Source: Myxococcota bacterium (GTDB lineage Bacteria; Myxococcota_A; UBA796; GCA-2862545). Taken from it: a stretch of 38,780 bases of DNA. Under the pieces are notes generated by a model. It worked only from the letters and a program-made list of their open reading frames with translations. It made no database searches and was not told where the DNA came from. Shown one piece after another: positions 20,601 through 29,592 of this stretch. The stretch lies in assembly GCA_039208735.1 (NCBI GenBank), contig JBCCQY010000078.1:1-38780 (forward strand), in the 5' to 3' direction. The translations under genes were made by a program, and so were the position numbers. Every line of letters begins with the position of its first letter. Position 1 is the first letter of the stretch.

Positions 20601-22634
20601 GGCCTGCTGGACTGCCTCGACGATGACTGTGCGTTCGACCCCACCTGCGTCGAGATTTGCGACAACGGATTGGACGACGACAACGACTTGCTTGTGGACT
20701 GCGCGGACGAAGAGTGTGCATTCAGCCCGCTGTGTGTCGAAATCTGCGACAACGTCATCGACGATGACGGGGATGGTCTGAGCGACTGCAACGACCAGGC
20801 GTGTGGCGCCGACCCGAACTGCTGCCCGGCCGACACTGCCAACGCAGTGCCGTTCACCGTGTCCGGCGACCTGACCCTCGAGCCGAACGTCCACGAGTCG
20901 ACCTGTGCGGCGGGCGTTCTGATCGGACCTCCGTTCACGAGCGGCAACGACTACTCGGTCGAGTTCACGGCGCCTGCTGATGGCACCTACGTGTTCACGG
21001 GCCGCAACTCCCTCGCGGATGTGGTCATCTCGATCAAGGATCAGTGTGGGGGCACGGAGCTGGACTGCAACAACTTCGTTGGGGAAGCCCGCGTCATCCG
21101 TCCCATGGTGGCGGGCGAGACCGTCCTCGTCATCATAGACGGCTTCGATGCGGTCTACTACGGCGTGGGTCCGTTCCAGCTCGACATCTTCGCGATTGAT
21201 GCGACCGAAACGAACTGCGCCGATAGCCTCGACAATGACCTCGACCTCGCGGTGGACTGCCTCGACACCGAGTGTGCGGGCGACCCGGCGTGTACCGAGA
21301 CCACCTGCGACGATGGCCTCGACAACGACGGTGACACGTTCGTGGACTGCGCCGACTTCGATTGCTCCACCGACCCGCTGTGCGTCGAGTTGGACTGCGC
21401 GGACGGCATCGACAACGAACTCGACTTCCTCATCGACTGTGATGACCCCGATTGCGCCACTGCCCTCAACTGCTTCGAGAACGACTGCGGTAACGGTGTG
21501 GATGACGACAACGATGGTTTGATCGACTGCTTCGACAACGACTGTGACTTCGTGGCGGCCTGTGCCGAAATCTGCGACGACGGCATCGACAACGACGGTG
21601 ACACGCTCACGGACTGCCAGGATGGCGCGTGCGCGACGACCGGTGACTGCTGCCCCGAAGACACGGTCACCACGTTCCCCTACCAGGTGTCTGGCGACCT
21701 CTCGCTTGAAGACAACGCCCACGAATCCACGTGCGCCAACCCCTACGGGACGGGCAACGACTTCGCGGTCAACTTCGAGCCCGACCAAATCGGTCAGTAC
21801 ATCGTCTACGGCGGCAATTCCCAGGCCAACGTGGTCTTGAGCATCAAGAACCAGTGCGGTGGCCCGGAAGTGTTCTGTGAGGCCACGCCGGTTCCCGTCG
21901 GTCCGCTCATCATCGTGACCGTCTTCCAGGTTCCGACTTCGCTTCTCGTCGTCCTCGATGGGGTCGACCCGGCCACGGGCAACGGTCCGTTCCAGCTCGA
22001 CATCGTCCGGACCGAGCCGAACGAGTCGGGTTGCACCGACGGCATCGACTCCGACCTCGACTTCCTCGTCGACTGCCTCGACCCCGACTGCAGCGACGAC
22101 CCGGTCTGCATCGAGCCCATTTGTGACAATGGCATCGATGACGAAGGCGATGGCACGCCCGATTGCTTCGATAGCGACTGCGACTTCGATGCGGCCTGCG
22201 CGGAGATCTGCGACGACAACATCGACAACGACGGCGACTTCACGCTCGATTGCCTCGACAACGGTTGCATCGGCGACGCGGCTTGCTGCATCACGTCGGG
22301 CATCCTGTCGCCGACTTCGACGGTCACGGCCAGCACCGCCCCGCTGACCGACCAGAACACGCCTTCGTGTGCGTTCTCGGAGTCGGGTGACGCAAGCTTC
22401 GAGTTCACGGCCCCGGCCGATGGTAGCTACACCTTCGACACCTTCGGCTCCACCTTCGACACCGTCCTGACGGTGCTCGATACGTGCCAGGGGGCGGAGC
22501 TGGCCTGCAACGATGACGCGGGTGCCGGCACGCAGTCCGAGGTCAGCGTGAACCTCACCGCTGGTCAGACGGTTCTCGTGGTCGTCGACGGCTTTGCGGC
22601 GTCGGTGGGTGACGTGGTGATCACCGCGCAGTAG
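17685..22634 (+). CDS. Giant modular surface lipoprotein: D-(T/A/S) linker, 8 PPC-like beta-sandwich modules and 20 Cys/Asp-rich Ca-binding-like repeats
   Basis: GGAG before ATG 17685; LVLSAC lipobox; repeated FEFTAPxDGxYxFDTxGSxFDTVL modules and ExCxDxxDNDxDxxxDCxDxxC repeats. Confidence 0.9.
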   Translation: MRPLLIALWGGLVLSACSGDDDKPPDADTDTDADTDADTDSDTDSDTDSDTDADTDSDTDADTDSDTDADTDADTDADTDADTAPTGDTGMMFACPQNVIAGPGSYNTNITGFPDQNAPSCGNLASSGPDTTFEFTPAADGLYKFDTFGSAFDTVVTVREGCVGAELVCNDDAGAGTQSEVVVDLIGGTTYVVYVDARLATTPLNGGDVILNVALSAPEVCDNFIDDDFNGDADCFDAGCLNDPACCPLDVLPGLGQATGNVVGLPNLTDPSCGGTGGAETTFEFTAPNDGLFRFDTVGSSFDTVLYVLDSCQGTELACDDDSEQGTLSALNVNLVGGQSYIITVDAFSDMSVLNGGGVVLNAQEVFPENCADAVDNDLDGDLDCADADCLGDPNCQVEFCDDGGDNDADGLIDCDDPDCAADTVCLGETCDDGADNDLDGDVDCFDADCLTDAACCPAKIATGVGTFNTNTIGMPNLLEPSCGQFVFSGSETTFEFTAPNTADYLFSAAGSNFFATITALDTCGGTEIDCVDNFPAPSELIVPMQAGQTIVLVVDSTSNQLPGGDLVFTIFEIGPEVCGDNIDNDLNGDFDCFDAACAADPTCGNEVCDDAIDNDTDLLLDCNDPDCANNAVCCPINTAVGTGTFSANTAGNASVSEPTCGGVAGTPDTSFEFTPPADGNYRIDTFGTAFDTLLSVELGCGGAVVGCNDDSQGLLQSELFLQLIGGETYVIQVDGFDPTEVGNAIVNIALVADEVCDDGADNDGDLFTDCADPECANDGNCVEDCQNGIDDDADGTIDCKDLGCGASPACCPSLTGNSVPFIFIGDLVNQGDAQALSCTADGLGNDFSVEFTAPQDGDYLFSSANSGSAVRIGLLQQCGGFELDCDAQGVGSIRQTLTAGETVVVVVEAEDALANGPFQIDIDLIAAFEADCLNGVDDDLDGVADCADTDCSYVSACFEIDCGNLYDDDNDGLLDCLDDDCAFDPTCVEICDNGLDDDNDLLVDCADEECAFSPLCVEICDNVIDDDGDGLSDCNDQACGADPNCCPADTANAVPFTVSGDLTLEPNVHESTCAAGVLIGPPFTSGNDYSVEFTAPADGTYVFTGRNSLADVVISIKDQCGGTELDCNNFVGEARVIRPMVAGETVLVIIDGFDAVYYGVGPFQLDIFAIDATETNCADSLDNDLDLAVDCLDTECAGDPACTETTCDDGLDNDGDTFVDCADFDCSTDPLCVELDCADGIDNELDFLIDCDDPDCATALNCFENDCGNGVDDDNDGLIDCFDNDCDFVAACAEICDDGIDNDGDTLTDCQDGACATTGDCCPEDTVTTFPYQVSGDLSLEDNAHESTCANPYGTGNDFAVNFEPDQIGQYIVYGGNSQANVVLSIKNQCGGPEVFCEATPVPVGPLIIVTVFQVPTSLLVVLDGVDPATGNGPFQLDIVRTEPNESGCTDGIDSDLDFLVDCLDPDCSDDPVCIEPICDNGIDDEGDGTPDCFDSDCDFDAACAEICDDNIDNDGDFTLDCLDNGCIGDAACCITSGILSPTSTVTASTAPLTDQNTPSCAFSESGDASFEFTAPADGSYTFDTFGSTFDTVLTVLDTCQGAELACNDDAGAGTQSEVSVNLTAGQTVLVVVDGFAASVGDVVITAQ
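17760..17933 (+). repeat. Low-complexity coding repeat of 29 D-(T/A/S) dipeptides
   Basis: GAY-NCN-type hexamer array, including an exact 24-nt tandem duplication GACACGGATTCGGACACCGATGCT. Confidence 0.95.
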
Positions 22635-22659
22635 CGCGGCACCACGGATTTGATCCTAC

Positions 22660-22691
22660 GAGCCTCGCCTTCGGGCGGGGCTCTTTTTTTT
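22660..22691 (+). terminator. Intrinsic terminator
   Basis: GAGCCTCGCC-TTCG-GGCGGGGCTC followed by T8. Confidence 0.93.
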
Positions 22692-22696
22692 GCCCG

Positions 22697-24811
22697 CTAC
22701 TGGCGGCCGGCCAGTCCGCGGGCTCGTGAGCGGCGCAGTGCGTGCCGGGCTTTGTCGGTGATGGCGTCTCGGGCCTCGGCGAACAGCGTGTGGATCTCGG
22801 AGCCTTCCGGCGCATGACGAGCCACGGGGCCAATTACGCGGACGGCTTCGTGGTTTCGGTCGAGTTCGAGCAAGGCGCGGGCGAGTCGAACCCGCACCCC
22901 GGCCTGCCACGGATCGAGCCGAATCGCCTCTTCCATTTCGGCGATGGCGGTATCGGGACGGCCCAATGCCCACAATACGTCGCCCATGATCTGGTGGGCC
23001 CACGGGGACCAGGGCACGCCTTGCAGGCCGAGTTGAGCCTCCTCGAGGGCGGCGGTCAGTTGGCCTTCCTTGAGCAATCGATCCGCACGCACCAGTGCGA
23101 GTTCGGGATGGTCAGGGAACCGCACCATGAACTCAAAGGTACGGTCGTCCGCAAGTTCTTCTTCACCCAACATCGTGGCCACGCGGACCTGGCCGGCCAT
23201 CGCCTCGGGGCTCGGCTGTTGGTGGAAGGCTTCATCGAACCAGAACGCGGCGTCTTCCCAGTCGCCGCGGGCGGTTCCGACGCCCGCAATTTGCAAGGCG
23301 AGCGTCGAGGAAGGGGCACGTTGGTAGAGCGCCACAAAGTCAGCTCGGGCTTGGGCGAGGCGACCCTGGCGGCGATGGATTTGGGCTTGGAGAAGCTCGA
23401 CGCCAAACGCCCCCGGCAGCTGGGCCTCGAGCTGGTTGACCAGGGCCTGCGCCTGCAGGAGGAGCCCTGCGCCCATGCGCTCACGGGCTCGCCACGTCAG
23501 CGGAATGTGCTCCATGAGCGTCCGCGGATCATCGCGGCCATCCGACGCCGCAGGGTCGCCCGCCGCGAGGTAGCCGAGCGACGAGAGCATCGCGAGGGTT
23601 TGGGCGTCGAGCGAGACTTCTGGCGCTAGCGTTTCGGGGAGCCGGCGCCGCATTCGGTTGAGTGGACGGTCGAGGCGATGGCCTTCTGGAGCCATCTCAG
23701 TGCGGCGAATCTCGTAGCCCGAGGCCGCGCCATACGAGCCCCATTGGCCGTCGATGTAGCGCCCTGCATCGTCGGTCAGGCCGTACAACGGGGCGAGGCC
23801 CAAGGCAAATTGACCCGCCAAGGACTCATGGTAAGCCGCTTCAGACCCCCCATCGCGGAGGTCGTTGCCCTGCAGACCGTCGTGAAGGGGCAGTCCCGCC
23901 ATCGATAGCAGCGTCGGTGCGAGGTCGACGTGGCTGACCACCGAGCCCACCTGGTACCCCGCCGGTACGCCAGGTCCCCGCATGATGAGAGGCACGCGGA
24001 GGCTACCATCGTGGAGCAAGAACCCGTGGGTGGCCTCACCGCCTTGCTCGAGCGATTCCCCGTGCGGCGACGTCACGGCCACGATGGACGCATCGGCCCA
24101 GTAGCGAGCATCCCAAGCGTCCAGCAGACGTCGGAGTTGCTGGTCGACAAAGGCAATTTCAGCGTCGTAGGGGTTCTCGAGTTCCGAGGCAAACGGTTCG
24201 GGCGCTCGGTACGGCCAGTGGGCATCGAACAAATGCACCCACAGAAACACCGGTCCATCGTCGGGCAGGGCGTCGAGGGTGGCCAACGCATCGTCGACGA
24301 CTGCGTCGGCGGGGCGTTGATCGCGCCATGTGATCTGGGTTGGATTTCCGCTCACGATGGGGTCGTGGTAGAGGTCGAAGCCCTGAGCGAGCCCCCACCG
24401 GCGCTGCATCGTGAACGAACTCGTGAACGCCATGGTGCGGTAGCCCGCTTCGGCGAATCGCTCGGCCAGCGTGACGTGGCTGTTGGCCAGCGCGAAGTCC
24501 CCCTCGTTTCTGACCCCGTGGGTCGGAGGGTACAAGCCCGTGTGGATGGAGGCGTGGCTCGGAATGGATAGCGGGGTGGTGGCGTAGGCCCGCATCCAGG
24601 TCGTGCCGGACGCGGCGAGCACATCGAGTGTCGGCGTCACGGCATCGGCGTAGCCGTAGGGCCCGGTGTGGTCCGCGCGGACCGTGTCGAGCGTGACCAA
24701 GAGCACCGCCGGCTGATACTCCGGGCCGGAGCCGAGCAACGACGACGAGCTAGCCATCCAGGGGCTCTGCGAACATGCGAGCATCGCGACGATTGGAGTC
24801 AGACGGAGCAT
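22697..24811 (-). CDS. Sulfatase-like (alkaline phosphatase superfamily) lipoprotein with C-terminal TPR repeats
   Basis: AMLAC lipobox; VTLDTVRADH, TPTLD, SIPSHASIHTGLYP, FLWVHLFDAH, YDAEIAFVD and VDLAPTL motifs; TPR helices at the C-terminus. Confidence 0.88.
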   Translation of the reverse strand: MLRLTPIVAMLACSQSPWMASSSSLLGSGPEYQPAVLLVTLDTVRADHTGPYGYADAVTPTLDVLAASGTTWMRAYATTPLSIPSHASIHTGLYPPTHGVRNEGDFALANSHVTLAERFAEAGYRTMAFTSSFTMQRRWGLAQGFDLYHDPIVSGNPTQITWRDQRPADAVVDDALATLDALPDDGPVFLWVHLFDAHWPYRAPEPFASELENPYDAEIAFVDQQLRRLLDAWDARYWADASIVAVTSPHGESLEQGGEATHGFLLHDGSLRVPLIMRGPGVPAGYQVGSVVSHVDLAPTLLSMAGLPLHDGLQGNDLRDGGSEAAYHESLAGQFALGLAPLYGLTDDAGRYIDGQWGSYGAASGYEIRRTEMAPEGHRLDRPLNRMRRRLPETLAPEVSLDAQTLAMLSSLGYLAAGDPAASDGRDDPRTLMEHIPLTWRARERMGAGLLLQAQALVNQLEAQLPGAFGVELLQAQIHRRQGRLAQARADFVALYQRAPSSTLALQIAGVGTARGDWEDAAFWFDEAFHQQPSPEAMAGQVRVATMLGEEELADDRTFEFMVRFPDHPELALVRADRLLKEGQLTAALEEAQLGLQGVPWSPWAHQIMGDVLWALGRPDTAIAEMEEAIRLDPWQAGVRVRLARALLELDRNHEAVRVIGPVARHAPEGSEIHTLFAEARDAITDKARHALRRSRARGLAGRQ

Positions 24812-24819
24812 GACGCCCT

Positions 24820-25908
24820 TTAATCCCCTACGACAGGGTCGACCGCACACGGGTCGAGTGGGGACCACGCTTGTTTGACGTAGGCGCCCCGTCGAGGACG
24901 TTCGGAGCGGAAGGCTTCCGCGGCGTCGCGATTCGGCCAAGGTCCAGGAGCAATCGCCAGATAGCCGGGATTGAGGAGGGGGAAGCTCGCGGACCGAAAG
25001 AGGTGCAGCGTTTCGGGTACGCGTCGCTGAAGCCGCTGCATGCGACGTCCCAGTACCGGCTCATCGACCTCCTCGTCTTGGGCCAAGACGAGCAGCCAAC
25101 CAGGATCGCCAGCCAGTTGCCACAGTCCTTCACGTGCAAGGGCCGTTAGCGCAGGACGTCCGGACTGCGCTTGCCATTGGTCGCGCGGAGCCTCCAGCTT
25201 CCAAACCGTCTGGCCGGGTCGCGGTTGGCACGGCGGTGGTGTTCGGTCGTGGGAGGCGACCACCCAGATGGTGCCTGTGGAGGTGGTGCCCAACTGAAAA
25301 GCGGGCCCGCCGCCTTGAGACTTGTGGTAGCGGTCGGGTGCGGGTTGGGCGAGGGTTTGTCGTTGCCAGCCTTCCCCTGACGCCCACCACACCTCGATGG
25401 CAGAGTCCACGACGGTACCGCCCTTTCGGTCGCGCCACAGTCGCAGGGTGACGGGGCCCGCTTGATCGAGCTGCGAGGTGTCTCGCCACACCGGAGGCGC
25501 TTCGCAGTCCGGTCCGGGCGTTACGTCGGCTGGTGGGCGATTCAAAAGGCGATACGCCGGTTGTCCCTCGCTGACGCCCACCGAGATGGGCACCCGTTCC
25601 TGTTGCAGGCTGCAACCTCGATCGGCGGCCCGGCTCACCACGATCTCGTAGGCGGCGACACCAGGACCCGTCCATGAAAGACCTCGTCGCACCGACAGAT
25701 CGTCGCCACTCGAACAGATCGCTTGCAGCACCCGAGCCAGCGGAGATGCTGGGTCCGCACGGCGGGCTAGGCCCGGTACGAGTTCGGGGTGCGCGATGGG
25801 CACCCGGGGTTCCGCGATGCGAGCTTCGTCCAGGATGCGGGCCGCATCGTCAGGGTCGCACACCACCCGCGCTGCGTACGACACTCCCGCGGCGAGCCAC
25901 CTCACCAC
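24820..25908 (-). CDS. Hypothetical exported protein, possible C-terminal SPOR-like domain
   Basis: Start overlaps the upstream stop. C-terminal LNPGYLAIAPGPWPNRDAAEAF...AYVK resembles SPOR. Confidence 0.6.
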   Translation of the reverse strand: MVRWLAAGVSYAARVVCDPDDAARILDEARIAEPRVPIAHPELVPGLARRADPASPLARVLQAICSSGDDLSVRRGLSWTGPGVAAYEIVVSRAADRGCSLQQERVPISVGVSEGQPAYRLLNRPPADVTPGPDCEAPPVWRDTSQLDQAGPVTLRLWRDRKGGTVVDSAIEVWWASGEGWQRQTLAQPAPDRYHKSQGGGPAFQLGTTSTGTIWVVASHDRTPPPCQPRPGQTVWKLEAPRDQWQAQSGRPALTALAREGLWQLAGDPGWLLVLAQDEEVDEPVLGRRMQRLQRRVPETLHLFRSASFPLLNPGYLAIAPGPWPNRDAAEAFRSERPRRGAYVKQAWSPLDPCAVDPVVGD

Positions 25909-27983
25909 TGGTCCACCACCACCCGAAGGCCCGCGCCCATCGGAACGACCTGCACCCTCGGGTTCATGGGTCGTCGGCGGAAGAAGGCGACGTCCCTTCG
26001 TTCTCCCGAACGGTGCCAGCGGACCCCGAGGGCGGTGCCTGCTACCGCGCCGCCAACGCTGCCAATCAACGTGCCTCCCAAAATGGCGTCAGCGTTCGAG
26101 GTCACCGCAGCGGTGCCAAGACCGGTGACGACGCCCCCTGCGATGGCGCCCGCATTGGCGACGCCAATGACGAGGGGAGGGGTTCCGACCAGGTCCGAGA
26201 CGAGCAACCCCCCGGTGATCAACCCGAGGTTGGTGCCCACGAGCCCGGTGATTTCGGGTTGGCGGCGCGTGATGCGTCCCAATGCTCCGCCGGCAAAGGC
26301 GCCCCACATGCCGACCGAACTCGCCGCCAGGGTGCTGGGGACGGGGACATCGAGTTCGAGGTTGAGCGTCGCTGACGTCGCGCTCACTACGCCCGTCGCC
26401 ATCAAGATGCCCCCCCATTCGCGAGGGGTGATTTCCGGGTCGCCGATGCGGGCGAAGACGACGCCCTGACCGGCCGCCCAGCCCGTCGCCACCGACGCGA
26501 ACACCACATCGCGATCATCGACCGGGTTGGGGTCGCGGCTTCCGATGGTTGCACCAATGCCGAAACCCACGGCTCCGAAGCCCAATCCCAGGCCCTGGGC
26601 CAGTGGACGATCTTGGTCCAGGAGGAGCCCCATGCCGGTTCCGATGCTCGCTCCAGCCGCTCCGCTAGCCAACCCCACAAACCACACATCGGTGGGCACT
26701 TCGAGGGGGCCGGATAGCGCCAGTCCCAACGCGGTCCCTGCGGCGGCCGAGCCTACGACCAATGAGGCGCGCCGGTCGGTATCGACAGGTAGCAACGTCC
26801 CCGTGGCCACTCCGAGGATGCCGCCGGTCACGAGGAGTCCGGTGTCGCGAGGGCTCACCCGAAGTCGCGGGGCACGCGCGGTGGCCAACGCAAACGAAGT
26901 CGACAACACGGCGGCATCGACCAAGGGTCGCACCCTTCGCCGGTCGACGTCGGCAGCGACCATCCATTGGTCGGCGGCCACCGTCGACAACCCCGAGATC
27001 ATGGTGGCGGCAAAGGTCTGTCGAGCGTCGCCGTCGTAGCGGGGGGTGAGGGCGGCCGCGATGCCAAACCCGAGACCCTCCCCGACGAGGCCGCCAATGA
27101 ACGGCGCTTGTGGAGCCTCAGGGAACAGGCCCCGGCCTACCAATCCGCCGACGCCAATGCCGGTGACGCCACTCACCGTCACGAGCGCGCCGTCGCCGGC
27201 TTCGAGGGGCCGGGCCCGTCCGTACACCCAGCCAAAGGTGGCTCCGGTGACCGCTCCCGTCACCGCGGCGACCGGGACGAGGTCGAGTTCTGAACGTGCC
27301 GTCTGCGTGACGGCGGCCAGGCCAAAGCCAAGACCGATGCCCGCTCCGGCGGTGAGCCAAAGGGAGGCTTCGGAGGTCAGGCCCCGGGTTGGCGCGGCTC
27401 GGTCGGGGAAGGTCTCGGCGAGCGCCTCCACGCCGCGACGGTACACCTCAAGAGGGATCCCCGGCCGAACGAGCGCGTTTTCGACCAGCGCCGCCGCTCG
27501 TGGGTCTCCGGTGCGGGCAAGCGCCACTGCAGCCGCGGTACGGCGTGCGACCGGGCGTTCCCGATCCGGTTCCCAGATGAACCGGGCGAGGGCTGGCCAG
27601 GCTTCGGGCCATGCGGCAAGCGCGTGGAGCGCCATCGTCGCAATGGGGTCTTCGCGGACCCGAGCCGCATGAAGAAGTGGGGGGACGGCGCGCGGATCGC
27701 GCAGGGCGACCAGACGCGCGACGCCATCGGCGCCTTGTGGCCCCGAAAGCAGGAGCATCGCTTCCAGCAGGTCGCGATCCGGTGCTTCCGATCGGTCGAG
27801 GTGTGCGATCAGGGCCGCAGCGATGCCGTCGAGTTCTTCTGGGTGAGCGACGGCGAGTCTTAGGCAGACTTCGACTTCGGTACCCGCGGCGGCATCAGCG
27901 CACAAGCGAACGGGGGATCCCTCTGTAGCGAACGCGGGTTGCGCGACGATGAAGCTCCACCACCCGAGCGCTACAGCTGGCAT
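25902..27983 (-). CDS. HEAT-repeat protein with a long Gly/Ala-rich hydrophobic repeat region
   Basis: GGAGG before ATG 27983; signal-like N-terminus; LRDPRAVPPLL and ALARTGDPRA HEAT motifs; many glycine-zipper-like helices. Confidence 0.8.
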   Translation of the reverse strand: MPAVALGWWSFIVAQPAFATEGSPVRLCADAAAGTEVEVCLRLAVAHPEELDGIAAALIAHLDRSEAPDRDLLEAMLLLSGPQGADGVARLVALRDPRAVPPLLHAARVREDPIATMALHALAAWPEAWPALARFIWEPDRERPVARRTAAAVALARTGDPRAAALVENALVRPGIPLEVYRRGVEALAETFPDRAAPTRGLTSEASLWLTAGAGIGLGFGLAAVTQTARSELDLVPVAAVTGAVTGATFGWVYGRARPLEAGDGALVTVSGVTGIGVGGLVGRGLFPEAPQAPFIGGLVGEGLGFGIAAALTPRYDGDARQTFAATMISGLSTVAADQWMVAADVDRRRVRPLVDAAVLSTSFALATARAPRLRVSPRDTGLLVTGGILGVATGTLLPVDTDRRASLVVGSAAAGTALGLALSGPLEVPTDVWFVGLASGAAGASIGTGMGLLLDQDRPLAQGLGLGFGAVGFGIGATIGSRDPNPVDDRDVVFASVATGWAAGQGVVFARIGDPEITPREWGGILMATGVVSATSATLNLELDVPVPSTLAASSVGMWGAFAGGALGRITRRQPEITGLVGTNLGLITGGLLVSDLVGTPPLVIGVANAGAIAGGVVTGLGTAAVTSNADAILGGTLIGSVGGAVAGTALGVRWHRSGERRDVAFFRRRPMNPRVQVVPMGAGLRVVVDQW

Positions 27984-29413
27984 CCCCCTCCTGCCGCGGG
28001 TCGAATATGAACATCCCGACTCGCGGTTCCGACGGCGATCGTACACGACCATTGGTGCGGGCCCTCGGTGACCTGCACCTCGATGGCCTGCTCGGCGGGA
28101 AGTCGCAAGAGCTGGGGAGAACTCGTCACCGCGCCGTATGCCGTCGTGACCTCGAGCCCCGCCTCGACGACAAACCGAATGGGAACGCGTGGGCCTTCGT
28201 CGGTGGCGGGGGCGGCGGCCGGCAGTGTCGACCGCGTCGAGGAGGCTTTCGGTTCCGCGGGGGAGGCTTCTGCGGGGATCGCTCGGACGGCGACTGCAGG
28301 TTCGACGGACGGTTCCGCCTCGACGACGGTGGGACTGGGGGGAAGCGGAGGCCGGGCCGCTCCCGTCGTGAGCGTCCAGGCGACGGGAAGTCCGATCAGG
28401 CCGACGAGCAACACCATCGTGGCGCCTGACCAGGGCGGGGAGCGGCGCTGAACCGGCGGAACGGGGGTGAGCACCGGGATCCCGACGTCGGTCGGATCCT
28501 CCCGCATGATCGTGAAGCCGTCGGTCTCTTCGGACACCGGTTCGGACGCCACCACCACGTTCTGGCTTGCCCATGAACGCAGGTCGGAGCCAGGGATTTG
28601 GGGGAGGAGCTGGAGCGCCGACGTCATCACGTCGACCGCCTCGGGGCGTGCGCTCGGATCGAATGCACACATGTGCCGAATGAGATCCCGCAGTGGCGGG
28701 TGCTCGATCGCATCAAGCATCCGCTCGCAGTCTTCGATGAATGCAGGCTCAGACAGGCGCATGCGCTCGGCGGCCTTGCCCGTCAGCAGCTCGACGAAGG
28801 TGATGCCAAGCGAAAACACGTCGGACGGATGCCCCGCGTCTCCGGTGAGCCAGCGCTCGGGCGCCATGTAGCGGGCCGTGCCGAGCTGATGGGTGCGCGT
28901 CTCGACTTCGCGCGCGTCGAACGTCGCCCGGGCGATCCCAAAATCAAGGATCCGAACGCCGCCACGGGGCGTCACCATGATGTTGGACGGCTTGATGTCG
29001 CGATGCACCACCCGTAAGGGCTCGGATTGGCCACTGGGTTGGGCCGTCCAGGCCGCATCGAGGGCATCGGCCACCGCCACCACAATCTCGGTACAGACGC
29101 GCGCGGGCAAGGGCGTGCGATGCGAGAGGCGCGCGAGGTCAACGCCGTGTACCGGTTCCATCTGAATCGCGAGACCGCCATCGATCGTGGTGAGGCCGTG
29201 CACCCGAACGATGTTGTCGTGCTGCAGCAGCGCCAGAAGGCGGGCCTCGTCTTTCAGGCGAGCGAGGAGGCTGGCGTCGGAGGTTTGCTCCGGGTGGAGC
29301 CGTTTGATCGCCAGGGTCTGCACGTAATTGTCATCATCGCGCACCTCGGCCAGATGGACGGATCCATGGGCGCCTTGGCCGAGTTTCCGGATTAGGGTGA
29401 ACGTGCGAGCCAC
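27971..29413 (-). CDS. Membrane-anchored Hanks-type Ser/Thr protein kinase
   Basis: LGQGAHGSV, AIK, HRDIKPSN, DFGIAR, YMAPE and SDVFSLG motifs; TM helix; Pro-rich linker; small PEGA-like C-terminal domain. Confidence 0.95.
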   Translation of the reverse strand: MARTFTLIRKLGQGAHGSVHLAEVRDDDNYVQTLAIKRLHPEQTSDASLLARLKDEARLLALLQHDNIVRVHGLTTIDGGLAIQMEPVHGVDLARLSHRTPLPARVCTEIVVAVADALDAAWTAQPSGQSEPLRVVHRDIKPSNIMVTPRGGVRILDFGIARATFDAREVETRTHQLGTARYMAPERWLTGDAGHPSDVFSLGITFVELLTGKAAERMRLSEPAFIEDCERMLDAIEHPPLRDLIRHMCAFDPSARPEAVDVMTSALQLLPQIPGSDLRSWASQNVVVASEPVSEETDGFTIMREDPTDVGIPVLTPVPPVQRRSPPWSGATMVLLVGLIGLPVAWTLTTGAARPPLPPSPTVVEAEPSVEPAVAVRAIPAEASPAEPKASSTRSTLPAAAPATDEGPRVPIRFVVEAGLEVTTAYGAVTSSPQLLRLPAEQAIEVQVTEGPHQWSCTIAVGTASRDVHIRPAAGGGCQL

Positions 29414-29592
29414 GCGAGCATGCTACCCATTCCGGGGACGATCATCGACCCTTGATCCGCCGAGATTAACAGGTTGTGGACAATCGTCACCATGACACTT
29501 GGAATACCCAGCGCAGTGGACCGTCATCGAATGCTATTGCCGAAGATGCAGGGTACGGATCGCGTAAGTCGTGGCACGCCGGAGGGGCTTTC

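Noticed and set aside
19836..21788. 650-aa antisense ORF, and similar long shadow ORFs such as 32891..34573, 12248..13690, 30289..31704 and 8209..9513
   Set aside because: They lie opposite well-supported genes, have no motifs, and are expected in high-GC DNA with biased codon usage.
27984..28670. N-terminal extension of ORF 25902..28670, and similar extensions of gpmI, the J-domain gene, the sulfatase and sir
   Set aside because: They overlap neighbouring genes, and downstream starts with SD sequences or stop/start coupling fit better.
29572..29588. Sigma54 promoter (TGGCACG)
   Set aside because: There is no GC at the -12 position (GG-N10 is followed by GG), and the site runs into the SD.
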